Shown here: positions 40,707 through 49,430 of the stretch, piece by piece
Position numbering within the stretch: position 1 is the first letter of the stretch
Layout: each line of letters starts with the position of its first letter
Virus record (IMG/VR): IMGVR_UViG_2654587819_000003
Length of the DNA: 58,396 nt
Source of the DNA: an uncultured virus (IMG/VR IMGVR_UViG_2654587819_000003)
Lineage: Monodnaviria; Sangervirae; Phixviricota; Malgrandaviricetes; Petitvirales; Microviridae
Reading direction: 5' to 3' (one strand)
Notes under the pieces: generated by a model
Told to the model about the DNA's origin: nothing
Database searches by the model: none
What the model saw: the letters and a program-made list of their open reading frames with translations, nothing else
Translations under genes and position numbers: made by a program

Positions 40707-40837
40707 ATTGACCCGTTGGTTGTACGCTCTATGCTGGACCGGAACGGATCGGCCCGGCGTCTTGTTCGAGCGCGCCGCTGCCTGGCTGGTGACGCACAAG
40801 GTGTTGCTGCCGGGCAGCAGTACGCTGGAGCGCTATA
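40707..40837 (+). mobile_element. tnpA: Tn3-family transposase N-terminal fragment
   Basis: LTRWLYALCWTGTDRPGVLFERAAAWLVTHKVLLPG..TLER. Confidence 0.85.
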
Positions 40838-41156
40838 NNNNNNNNNNNNNNNNNNNNNNNNNNNNNNNNNNNNNNNNNNNNNNNNNNNNNNNNNNNNNNN
40901 NNNNNNNNNNNNNNNNNNNNNNNNNNNNNNNNNNNNNACTGCAGGCGTCCCTTTTTCAGGGTGTGATAGGGGTACGCACCTGCCCCGCGCTCGGTCACCT
41001 TCCACTTGTTGAGCAGCAGCGCCGCAAGCAAGCCTGGGCCGAGAAACATGGGCGAGNNNNNNNNNNNNNNNNNNNNNNNNNNNNNNNNNNNNNNNNNNNN
41101 NNNNNNNNNNNNNNNNNNNNNNNNNNNNNNNNNNNNNNNNNNNNNNNNNNNNNNNN

Positions 41157-41268
41157 CTTCTGGGTGCCGCGCTTCCAGGAACTGCGCAAGGTGGCGTCCG
41201 GAATGGCGATCCACCGGCAATGGCGGCAAACGTATTTCTCCACACCATCCAGCCTGTCGCATGAGGCC
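41157..41268 (+). CDS. P2-like terminase ATPase P fragment
   Basis: [34 protein letters not shown]. Confidence 0.9.
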
Positions 41269-41368
41269 NNNNNNNNNNNNNNNNNNNNNNNNNNNNNNNN
41301 NNNNNNNNNNNNNNNNNNNNNNNNNNNNNNNNNNNNNNNNNNNNNNNNNNNNNNNNNNNNNNNNNNNN

Positions 41369-41482
41369 CCAGCCGAGCACCACACCGACCGGGCCGCGCG
41401 GGCCGAAGTCTTCTCGTTCGGCGATCCGATCGAGGTGCTCGACCGGCGCGAGCTGCTGGACTACGTGGAGTGCATGCGCATG
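41369..41482 (+). CDS. P2-like portal Q, N-terminal fragment, variant 2
   Basis: AEVFSFGDPIEVLDRRELLDYVEC. Confidence 0.88.
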
Positions 41483-41582
41483 NNNNNNNNNNNNNNNNNN
41501 NNNNNNNNNNNNNNNNNNNNNNNNNNNNNNNNNNNNNNNNNNNNNNNNNNNNNNNNNNNNNNNNNNNNNNNNNNNNNNNNNN

Positions 41583-41953
41583 TGCGTCCGGGCATCGACT
41601 CGCACCACATCACGCTCGAAGAGTTTTCGATCATCCTCGAGTTGTGCGAGGAGGCGCGTGTGCCAGTTGCGAATGCGCCGCTGGATGCGCTGTGTTGGCG
41701 TCATGGCCGGGTGCCCGTGGAACTGCCCGAGGCGGATGCGAACGATCCCAATCCGGCGCATACCGTGTGCCGGGTGATGGCCAAAGTTGGCGACCTGGCC
41801 GCGACGGTGGCGAAGGCCGCTGAGGACAACGTCATCACCGAGGCCGAGCTCGAAGCCATTGAGGCCGAATTCCTCAAGGCGCAGGTCGCCTTAGCGACAT
41901 GGCATGCCGAGATCCGGACGCAGGCTGCCGCGCCGCAACGTCGCAAAGCATGA
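41583..41953 (+). CDS. Phage CII-family regulator, 5' partial
   Basis: HHITLEEF..I...VGDLA..V..AAEDNVITEAELEAIE. Confidence 0.7.
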
Positions 41954-42360
41954 CGCAGCGTCCGCTGACCTGGGTGGCAGAGGCCCGGCGTTTCCATGCC
42001 GACATGTCGTGTTGCAGGCCGTCCCGCGTGTCGGTCGGGCTGGCCTGCCAGCGCCCCTATCAACAGTGCTGCGCGGTGCATTACATCCGCTCAGCGCTGC
42101 GCCAGCGCGGCGAGAAATCGCTAATCCAGTTCGCCGATCACCTGCTGTCCGCCTGTGGGTGGCCGCTCGGCGAGACGTTTTTTTCGTTCAGCGCGGCCGG
42201 CGAGATGTCGTCGCTGGCCGTTGTGTGCGCCAAGCGCTGGCGCGCTATTTCATCCGCGGCCGATCGCGCCGCGTATCGCAATCAGATCCGCGCCGACACG
42301 TCGCCCGAATTCGTGGCGACGTTCGACGTGCTGTGCGAGGCCGACGCCGGCTCGCAGTGA
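41950..42360 (+). CDS. Phage hypothetical protein (start uncertain)
   Basis: ATGA-coupled ORF. Confidence 0.45.
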   Translation: MTQRPLTWVAEARRFHADMSCCRPSRVSVGLACQRPYQQCCAVHYIRSALRQRGEKSLIQFADHLLSACGWPLGETFFSFSAAGEMSSLAVVCAKRWRAISSAADRAAYRNQIRADTSPEFVATFDVLCEADAGSQ

Positions 42361-42368
42361 GGAATTCC

Positions 42369-42566
42369 GTGGACTACCCAATCGAACCGATCGACGCGAT
42401 CGAGCGGAGGGGCCGCTCGGCCCTGTGCAACGGCCTTGAGCCCGAGATGTGCCCGTACGACTACGACACGGCGCACTGGCGCGCGTGGCAACTCGGCTAT
42501 GTGGCTGCAGCACTGGAGGCGGCGCATGCCGCTGCCGCGTGTGTCGATGACGAGGTGGCCGCATGA
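42369..42566 (+). CDS. Small Rmf/CrpP-like protein
   Basis: GTG start after GAGG; ERRGRSALCNG....CPY......RAWQLGY. Confidence 0.6.
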   Translation: MDYPIEPIDAIERRGRSALCNGLEPEMCPYDYDTAHWRAWQLGYVAAALEAAHAAAACVDDEVAA

Positions 42567-43597
42567 CCGCCGCATTCGTAATCACTGGCGAGGAATGGCA
42601 GGCGCTGGCGGCCGTCGACCATCTCGCGTGCCGCCTGTACCTGGTGCTGCGCCGTTGCATGGATTTCCGGACGGGCGTGGTTGGCGGCCCGATCAAGGCC
42701 ATTTCCTGGCAGGCGCTGCGTGAGCACACGGAGGTGCCAGGTCGGCCAGGCGTGCGCTATTTCCGTCCGACCGAGCAGCAGTTGCGTCGCCGTGTCGAGC
42801 AGTTGGAGAAATGCGGGTTGCTGCGCCGGATCAGCGAAGGGCTGACCCTCAAATTTCGGATGCTGCTGGCGCGCACGGATTCGTGCGTCCAGAAAAAAGC
42901 CGGAGGGGGCACGAGAGGGGAGAAAAAGCCGGAGAAAGCCAGTCTTGGCGCGGGTTCGCGGCAGGGTGGTGCGGGTAGGCGTGCGGCAAAAGCCGACACA
43001 CATCCGTTTCCCGGTAACACCTATAACCCCTCCTCACCTCCCCGTTTGAAGCAGTGTGAGGAGGAGGGGAGAGATGCATCACAAACCGAACCCGGTTGCG
43101 ATGCTGTCGAGCCGGGGGCTGTCGACGCGCAACGGCACCAGCTCTCAGAGCAACCCCACCGCGACGCGGGCGCGGTAGGGGATGGCCCTGCGGGCCGGCT
43201 TGCAGAGGGCGAAGATGGCGAGCGGCCGTGGTCGCCTGTGCTGGCGTGGCCGCGACGCATTCCGATGCATGAGCGTGTTGCAGTGGCTCACCAACTGGCC
43301 GCGCTGCCGCGTGACCGGTGGCAGCGCGTGCTCGACGAATGGGAGGGCAGCATGGACGGCGGGCAGATCAAGCGGCCGTGGCTGTTTTTCGAGAGCCTCG
43401 TCGCCAAAGCCAGCGGGCCGGGCTGGGTGCCCGAGTTCGCGGACCGGGTGCGTGGTGCGCGCGAGCAGCAGGCGCGGGCCGGTGCCGCGTTGCAGGCGCA
43501 GCGCCAGGCGCCGGTCGAGGTGCCGCCGGCCGTAGCGGGCTTCTCGCCCACTGTGCAGCGCATGCGTGCGCAGATGAAGCTGCGAGACCGCCAATGA
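42563..43597 (+). CDS. Putative phage replication initiator (N-terminal wHTH)
   Basis: RLYLVLRRCMDFRTG...QLRRRVEQLEKCGLL, a low-complexity linker, and the O-like position. Confidence 0.6.
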   Translation: MTAAFVITGEEWQALAAVDHLACRLYLVLRRCMDFRTGVVGGPIKAISWQALREHTEVPGRPGVRYFRPTEQQLRRRVEQLEKCGLLRRISEGLTLKFRMLLARTDSCVQKKAGGGTRGEKKPEKASLGAGSRQGGAGRRAAKADTHPFPGNTYNPSSPPRLKQCEEEGRDASQTEPGCDAVEPGAVDAQRHQLSEQPHRDAGAVGDGPAGRLAEGEDGERPWSPVLAWPRRIPMHERVAVAHQLAALPRDRWQRVLDEWEGSMDGGQIKRPWLFFESLVAKASGPGWVPEFADRVRGAREQQARAGAALQAQRQAPVEVPPAVAGFSPTVQRMRAQMKLRDRQ

Positions 43598-43911
43598 CGA
43601 CACCTGAGCAAGCTTTTGCCGAAGCGTGCGCGCAGATGCCGCGCCGCGCTAGCCATGCCGACACGTGGTCGTCCCGCGCGGTGTTCTGGACCGCCGTTCG
43701 CGCGGGTGCTAACGCGCTGGGCCGGCCGTGGGCTGAGGTCGCCGAGCGTTGGGCGCGTCTGTGGGCGGTTGCCGTCGCCGAGCATTTGCCGCCGATTCCG
43801 GGGGCCTCGCACATTGGCGCACCGCCGTCACAAGCTGCTGCTGAGCAAGCGCTCAGCACGATGAAATCCATGGTTGGCCGTCACAGGGGGAATGGGCATG
43901 TACACCGCTAA
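43594..43911 (+). CDS. Phage hypothetical protein (replication P-like C-terminal domain)
   Basis: PEQAFAEAC...WSSRAVFWTA; coupled to the upstream gene. Confidence 0.6.
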   Translation: MTTPEQAFAEACAQMPRRASHADTWSSRAVFWTAVRAGANALGRPWAEVAERWARLWAVAVAEHLPPIPGASHIGAPPSQAAAEQALSTMKSMVGRHRGNGHVHR

Positions 43912-44314
43912 TCCAGCGCCGCCGCGTGCATCTGCGTTGCAGGACTATCCGTACGATGTGCTCGACGATCTGCTCTACGACTGGTTTCTCTGGGAGCGGA
44001 CGTACAGCGGCGCACGCGGTCATTCATCCGTCGACAAGACGTGCGCGGCGGCGGGCAGTTCGCGCCAGTGGCGGACTACCGACGAGATCCTCGACGGTAG
44101 TGTATTTGCCTGGCAGATGGGGCAGATCGCCGTGAGTATTGATGCGCTATCGGGGGATCACCAGTTGGCGATCCGCGTCGAGATGATGAATCGCGAGGGG
44201 CCGGCAGTCTGGCGCAACCCACGCGCGCCTGTGCGCCAGCACGTCGCGTATCCGCAGGCCAAGGAAGCGTTGCGCCCGATCCTGCGTCGTCGCGGCGTTG
44301 AAGTTGACTGTTGA
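43898..44314 (+). CDS. Antiterminator Q-like late regulator
   Basis: LDDLLYDW..W...IDALS; immediately precedes a promoter-terminator unit. Confidence 0.6.
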   Translation: MYTANPAPPRASALQDYPYDVLDDLLYDWFLWERTYSGARGHSSVDKTCAAAGSSRQWRTTDEILDGSVFAWQMGQIAVSIDALSGDHQLAIRVEMMNREGPAVWRNPRAPVRQHVAYPQAKEALRPILRRRGVEVDC

Positions 44315-44339
44315 CAGCGCCGAGGCGCAAGCTTATATT
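44311..44339 (+). promoter_or_regulatory. Late promoter (pR'-like)
   Basis: TTGACA-17bp-TATATT. Confidence 0.75.
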
Positions 44340-44376
44340 CCGGTCCGTGGGACGACGCACGTCCCTACGAAACGCA

Positions 44377-44410
44377 AAACCCGACCCTGACCCGGTCGGG
44401 TTTTTTCATT
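44377..44410 (+). terminator. Intrinsic terminator (tR'-like)
   Basis: AAAACCCGACC-ctgaccc-GGTCGGGTTTTTT. Confidence 0.8.
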
Positions 44411-44422
44411 TCTGCGCCCGCT

Positions 44423-44860
44423 ATGCCTGCTCGCCCACGTTCGATCTGCCGCCACCCCGGCTGCGGTGTGACCATTGAGAAGCCGGGCTACTGCGACAAG
44501 CACCGGCGCCCGATTGGTGGTTGGCGCTCGGACAGCGAGCGCGGCTCACGCCAAGCGCGCGGCTACGGTGCCGAGTGGGAGCGGACGCGGGCCCGAATCC
44601 TCGAGCGAGCGGGTGGTCTGTGCGAGTGCGAAGACTGCAAGCGGTTGGGCCGCGTGCGCCTTGCCACTGAGGTCGACCACATCAGGCCGAAGTCGCATGG
44701 CGGCGCGGACGACGAAGACAACCTGCAGGCTATCAATGTCGAGTGCCACAAGGCGAAGACGTTGCGCGAGCGGCGAAAGCCGAAGCGGCGGGACGCACCA
44801 GCAGCGCCAGCAGGCCGATGGGTCGCTGGCGCCTGGGTCATGCCGCGATCGGGGCGCTGA
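44423..44860 (+). CDS. HNH endonuclease (HK97 gp74-like)
   Basis: RGYGAEW, LCECEDC, ATEVDHIRPKSHGG and NLQAINVECHKAKT. Confidence 0.92.
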   Translation: MPARPRSICRHPGCGVTIEKPGYCDKHRRPIGGWRSDSERGSRQARGYGAEWERTRARILERAGGLCECEDCKRLGRVRLATEVDHIRPKSHGGADDEDNLQAINVECHKAKTLRERRKPKRRDAPAAPAGRWVAGAWVMPRSGR

Positions 44861-45086
44861 GCCCCGACGGTGGCGCCTGCGGGCGCCCCTGGGGGCGTGG
44901 GGAGACCCCCCTAGGGGTGGGGGGGGCGGAAAACCCCGGGGGGCGAGGGGCCCCGGACCGTTCGTCCAGGCGCGTTTTGTAGACGGTCGATTTTGGAATA
45001 GGGGGGGGGTCTCACTCGCAGGCTGTGAGAGCGCCTATCTCAGTGCCTGCCACGATTTTCGGCCAAGCTGCCGAAAGGAACGCTCT

Positions 45087-45620
45087 ATGAACCCGCTAGA
45101 TACCTTGCTGGGCGACAACTCGCCCGAGGAACCGTTTCCGTCTGCCGGTGGCACTGGAAAGGCAGTCCGGTCGCCGCCTCCGCCGCCGGGCACCAAGCTC
45201 TCGTCGACTGAGCGCAAGGTGTGGGACTACATCTGCCAATGCCTGCGGGAAGAGGGCTTGCCTCACCTGACCGCCGGCATCGCCATCGCGGTTGTGTGCA
45301 AAACCTTCATCCGCTGGGTGAGGGCTGAGGCCGAGCTGCAGAACTTCGAGGCCAGCAACAAGGGCTCGTTCATGGTCACGACACCGAACGGCCACAGCCA
45401 GCCTCACCAGCTCTATTTCGCCACCCGCAACCTGAAAGGGGAGTTGCTGAAATGGTTGCCGGAGAGCTGCCTGACGCTGCCATCGTCGGTGATGGCGCGG
45501 GCGAAGTTGGGCGACGAGGGGACGCAGGACGACCTGTTCGGCGATCTACTGGCGCACGCGAGCGCAGAACGGAACGCCGTCATCGAGCGCGCCGCACGCG
45601 GAAGCATGTCGACCGTCTGA
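45087..45620 (+). CDS. Terminase small subunit (P27 family)
   Basis: PPPP..LS..ERKVW, TPNGHSQPH and LTLPSS; position between HNH and terL. Confidence 0.8.
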   Translation: MNPLDTLLGDNSPEEPFPSAGGTGKAVRSPPPPPGTKLSSTERKVWDYICQCLREEGLPHLTAGIAIAVVCKTFIRWVRAEAELQNFEASNKGSFMVTTPNGHSQPHQLYFATRNLKGELLKWLPESCLTLPSSVMARAKLGDEGTQDDLFGDLLAHASAERNAVIERAARGSMSTV

Positions 45621-47329
45621 CGCCGCCGGCCGACGCGCTGCACGAATGGGATACGGTCTACGGGCTGCCAGTGCTGCGCGGCGAGATCGTTGTCGGCGAG
45701 TACGTCTACCTGGCGGTTGAGCGGCACTACCGCGATCTGCTGGAGGGGGGCAAGCGCGGCCTGGGGTTCGATCCGGCCGCGGCCTGGCACATCATCCAGT
45801 TCATCGAACGGTTTTTCGTCCACATCAAGGGGCCGCTCGCCAGGACGCCGATCCTGCTGGACCCGTGGCAGAAATTTTGGACGGCGGTGCTGTACGGCTG
45901 GAAGACCGCCGACGGCCTGCGTCGATTCACGCGCGGCTATGAGGAGGTCGCGCGGAAGAACGGCAAGAGCACGTGGAAGGGGCCGCAGGGCGCATACCTG
46001 TTCATGATGGACGGGGAAATCGGCGCCGAGGTTTATGCGGTGGCCACCACGCGCGACCAGGCGATGTCGGTTTTCAAGCCGGCATTCGACAATTTCCGGC
46101 GGTGGGCCAAGCGCTCGCCGGGCGTCAAGCGCTCGTTCAGGATCCACGAGGGTCGCAACCTCGAACAAATTACGTTCGACAGCGCGGTGTTCAAGCCGCT
46201 GCCGGCGAACGCGGAATCGCTCGATGGCCTGAACCCCTACGCAATCCTGTTCGACGAGCTGCATGCGCAGAAGACGCCGGACGTCTGGGACGTGATGGAA
46301 ACCGCCCTCGGCGCGCGCACGCAGCCGCTGCTCTCAGCGATCACCACGGCAGGGTTCATCCTTGACGGGATCTGCGTTGACCAGCGCCGCTACCTGATTG
46401 AGGTGCTGCGCGGCGAGCGGACCGACGACTCGTATTTCGGCTACATCTACACGATCGACGTCGATGATGATCCGTTCGACGAGGCGGTGTGGATCAAGGC
46501 CAACCCGGGTCTTGGCCGGTCCAAGCGCCTCGACTACATGCGCAGCATGGCGCGCAAGGCGGCTTTCCTGCCGAGCGCGCTGACGAACTTCCTCACCAAG
46601 GATCTGAACGTCTGGGTGAACTCCGCAGACGGTTGGATCAATCCGCAGGTGTGGGACAAGGGCAGCAAGCCGTTCGACATCGAAAAGCTCGCCGGCCGCC
46701 GGTGTTTCGGCGGCCTTGATCTTTCGGCGACGCAGGATTTGACCGCATTCTCGCTGGTGTTCCCGCCGGACGATGACGATCCGGACGGCGAGTGGCACGC
46801 GCTGGTGTGGACGTGGTGCCCTCAGGAGCGCATCGATCAGCAATCCGACACCAAGGATGAGCGCGCACGTTATTCGCGCTGGGTGCGTGAGGGCTGGCTC
46901 GAAGCGACAGAGGGCGTCATCACAGACTACCGGCCCGTCCGGCAGCGGATTCTCGAAGCCAAGCGCATGTTTGATGTGGTCGAAATCGGTTACGACGAAT
47001 GGAACGCTGCGCACCTCGTCAATGAGCTGATCGACGATGGGCTGGTGATGGTCAAGGTGCCGCAGAACACCCACGGCATGTACCCAGGCGCGCGCCGTTT
47101 CGAGGAGCTGATTTACAAGCAGGCGTTGCGTCACGGCGGTAACCCTGTCCTGCGCTGGGCGACATTGAATGTGTCGCTGTTGTTCGATACGAACGGCAAT
47201 TTCCGGCCGGACAAGAAGAAATCGAGGGGGCGCGGGCGGATCGACCCGGCGGTGGCCACAGTCATCGCACTGAGCCGCGCGGTCGCCATCGAGCCCGAGC
47301 AACCTGAATCCGGAATCATCGTCCTATGA
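45452..47329 (+). CDS. Terminase large subunit
   Basis: LDPWQKF, VARKNGKST, ILFDELH, ITTAG, GGLDLS and RIDPAVA. Confidence 0.95.
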   Translation: MVAGELPDAAIVGDGAGEVGRRGDAGRPVRRSTGARERRTERRHRARRTRKHVDRLTPPADALHEWDTVYGLPVLRGEIVVGEYVYLAVERHYRDLLEGGKRGLGFDPAAAWHIIQFIERFFVHIKGPLARTPILLDPWQKFWTAVLYGWKTADGLRRFTRGYEEVARKNGKSTWKGPQGAYLFMMDGEIGAEVYAVATTRDQAMSVFKPAFDNFRRWAKRSPGVKRSFRIHEGRNLEQITFDSAVFKPLPANAESLDGLNPYAILFDELHAQKTPDVWDVMETALGARTQPLLSAITTAGFILDGICVDQRRYLIEVLRGERTDDSYFGYIYTIDVDDDPFDEAVWIKANPGLGRSKRLDYMRSMARKAAFLPSALTNFLTKDLNVWVNSADGWINPQVWDKGSKPFDIEKLAGRRCFGGLDLSATQDLTAFSLVFPPDDDDPDGEWHALVWTWCPQERIDQQSDTKDERARYSRWVREGWLEATEGVITDYRPVRQRILEAKRMFDVVEIGYDEWNAAHLVNELIDDGLVMVKVPQNTHGMYPGARRFEELIYKQALRHGGNPVLRWATLNVSLLFDTNGNFRPDKKKSRGRGRIDPAVATVIALSRAVAIEPEQPESGIIVL

Positions 47330-48633
47330 CACAGAGTTGGTACAACGAGGCGCGCGTGCGTCAACCGGGCTCGGTCGTGCTCAGTGCCTGGCGCGCGGAG
47401 CGCGAAGCGGCACGCGCGCAGGCAAAGCCGGTGCCGGTGTCGGAAATCACCTCCGGTACCGAGGCATACGGTTGGCTTACCGGCGGGATTGGCGGGCCGA
47501 GCCGGCCGGTGAGCGAGCGCACGGCCATGAGCATCGGCGCGGTGTATGCGTGCGTCGCCCTGATCGGTGGTGCGTTGGCGTCGCTGACGCTGGAGACCTA
47601 CAAGCGCATCGACGGTATCGGCGAGGTGCATCGGCCTGATCTCTGGTGGCTGCTCAACGAGGAGCTGCATCCGCGCTGGTCCGCGCCGGTCGGGTGGGAG
47701 TTTGGTGCGCAGTCGCTATTGCTGCATGGTGACCTGTACATGCGCATCGGCCGCCGCAGCCGCTACTCGCCGAACATCGTGTCGCTCAAGCCGTACCACG
47801 CGCTGCAGGTGGATCCGCAGCCGACCAAGGATCGGGAGCGCCTGCTGTATTACCTGTGGGACGAGGACGGCAACGTGGATGTGGTCGATCAGGACGACAT
47901 GATCCACGTGCCAGGCCCCGGCTTCGACGGCCGGCGTGGCATGTCGCAGATCCGGCATGTATTGCGGCGCTCGGTGTCGCTGGCCCGCGCCGGGGGCGAG
48001 CAGGCGGAATCGATGCTTGGCAATATGCGGCCGGACCTGGTGCTCACCCAGGACAAGGAATCCAAGAAGCTGACCGGCGCAGACATCGACCAGTTGCGCG
48101 AGCAGTGGCTTGAGCGATACAGCGGGCCAGCGGGCAAGAACGGCGCACCTGTGGTGCTGACCGGCGGGATGGACATCAAGCAGATCAGCATCACGCCGCA
48201 GGATGCGCAGCTACTGGAAACGCTGCAGCTCTCGGTCGAGGACACGGCCCGCATCTTCGGGGTGCCGCCCTACATGATCGGCTACACGGATAAGACGACG
48301 GGCTGGGGAAGCGGTGTCGAGCAGATGGGCATCGGCTTCGTCAAGTACACGATGCAGCGCCATCTGGTGAAGATCGAGCAGGAACTCAACCGCAAGATCT
48401 ACCGCGGCAATCGCGATCAGTTTGTCGAATTCGATACCGAGACGCTCGAGCGGGGCGATCTCAAGTCGCGCTTGGAGGGAGCCCGCATTGCCTATGGCCG
48501 CGCCGGCGAGCCGGGCTGGATGACGCGGAAGGAAATCCGCCGGCGCTTCAACCTGCCGGCGCCAAAGCCCGGCGACATTTTCAACGAAGGGAAGGGCGAT
48601 GCGCCGAAACAAAATCCTCCAGCTGCTGAGTGA
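47326..48633 (+). CDS. HK97-family portal protein
   Basis: AVYACVALI, LLLHGD.Y, DMIHV, ARIFGVPPYMIG and IEQELNRK. Confidence 0.95.
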   Translation: MTQSWYNEARVRQPGSVVLSAWRAEREAARAQAKPVPVSEITSGTEAYGWLTGGIGGPSRPVSERTAMSIGAVYACVALIGGALASLTLETYKRIDGIGEVHRPDLWWLLNEELHPRWSAPVGWEFGAQSLLLHGDLYMRIGRRSRYSPNIVSLKPYHALQVDPQPTKDRERLLYYLWDEDGNVDVVDQDDMIHVPGPGFDGRRGMSQIRHVLRRSVSLARAGGEQAESMLGNMRPDLVLTQDKESKKLTGADIDQLREQWLERYSGPAGKNGAPVVLTGGMDIKQISITPQDAQLLETLQLSVEDTARIFGVPPYMIGYTDKTTGWGSGVEQMGIGFVKYTMQRHLVKIEQELNRKIYRGNRDQFVEFDTETLERGDLKSRLEGARIAYGRAGEPGWMTRKEIRRRFNLPAPKPGDIFNEGKGDAPKQNPPAAE

Positions 48634-49366
48634 CAACCGTGCCGCGGCGCGCGTGTTCAACGTTGTAGCCAGCGCCGACAACGAGGTCACGGTCTACCTG
48701 TACGACTACATCGTCTCCGATGATTGGTGGGGCGGGGTTTCCGCGACTACGTTCGTCAAGGAGCTGGCCGGCATTACCGCCGATGTGATCCGCTTGCGTG
48801 TCAACTCGCCCGGCGGCGACGTGTTCGCGGCCCGCGCCATGGAGGCGGCATTGCGCGGGCATTCGGCGAAGATCATCGTGCACGTCGACGGCCTGGCCGC
48901 CAGCGCGGCGAGCTTTCTCATTATGGCCGCCGACGAGATCGAAATTGCCGACGGCGCGTTCATCATGATCCACAAAGCGTGGACAGCCCTATGGGGTAAC
49001 GCTGACGATCTGCGCGCCGAGGCCGAGTTGCTCGACAAGATCGATAGCACGCTTGTGAACACCTACGCGCAGCGCACCGGACAGTCGGCCGACGAAATCG
49101 CTACGTGGATGGCGACCGAAACGTGGCTGGGTGCGGACGACGCGGTGGAACGTGGTTTCGCGGATCGGAAGGCCGATGCCTCGGCCCAGCCATCTGCGAA
49201 GGCGTCCGCGTGGAACCTGCGGGCATATTCCAACGCTCCGAAGCCGGCCAGTGCAACGCCAACGGCACCAGCCGCGCCCGCGGCCGAGCCACAGTCGCCC
49301 GCAGGCAACCTGCTTCCCGATTTCGCAGCAATGCGCAGGCGACTCGACCTGTGCCAACGACTCTGA
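48599..49366 (+). CDS. ClpP-like prohead protease (S49)
   Basis: RVNSPGGDVF, DGLAASAAS, MIHKAW and ETWL.A.DAV..GFAD. Confidence 0.93.
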   Translation: MRRNKILQLLSDNRAAARVFNVVASADNEVTVYLYDYIVSDDWWGGVSATTFVKELAGITADVIRLRVNSPGGDVFAARAMEAALRGHSAKIIVHVDGLAASAASFLIMAADEIEIADGAFIMIHKAWTALWGNADDLRAEAELLDKIDSTLVNTYAQRTGQSADEIATWMATETWLGADDAVERGFADRKADASAQPSAKASAWNLRAYSNAPKPASATPTAPAAPAAEPQSPAGNLLPDFAAMRRRLDLCQRL

Positions 49367-49385
49367 CGCGCTCCCGCGTCGGCCG

Positions 49386-49410
49386 GGCCGCCCACTGGGC
49401 GGCCTTTTTT
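49386..49410 (+). terminator. Hairpin/terminator before the capsid gene
   Basis: GGCCGCCCA-c-TGGGCGGCC-TTTTTT. Confidence 0.55.
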
Positions 49411-49430
49411 ATTTCCACACCGGAGAATTC

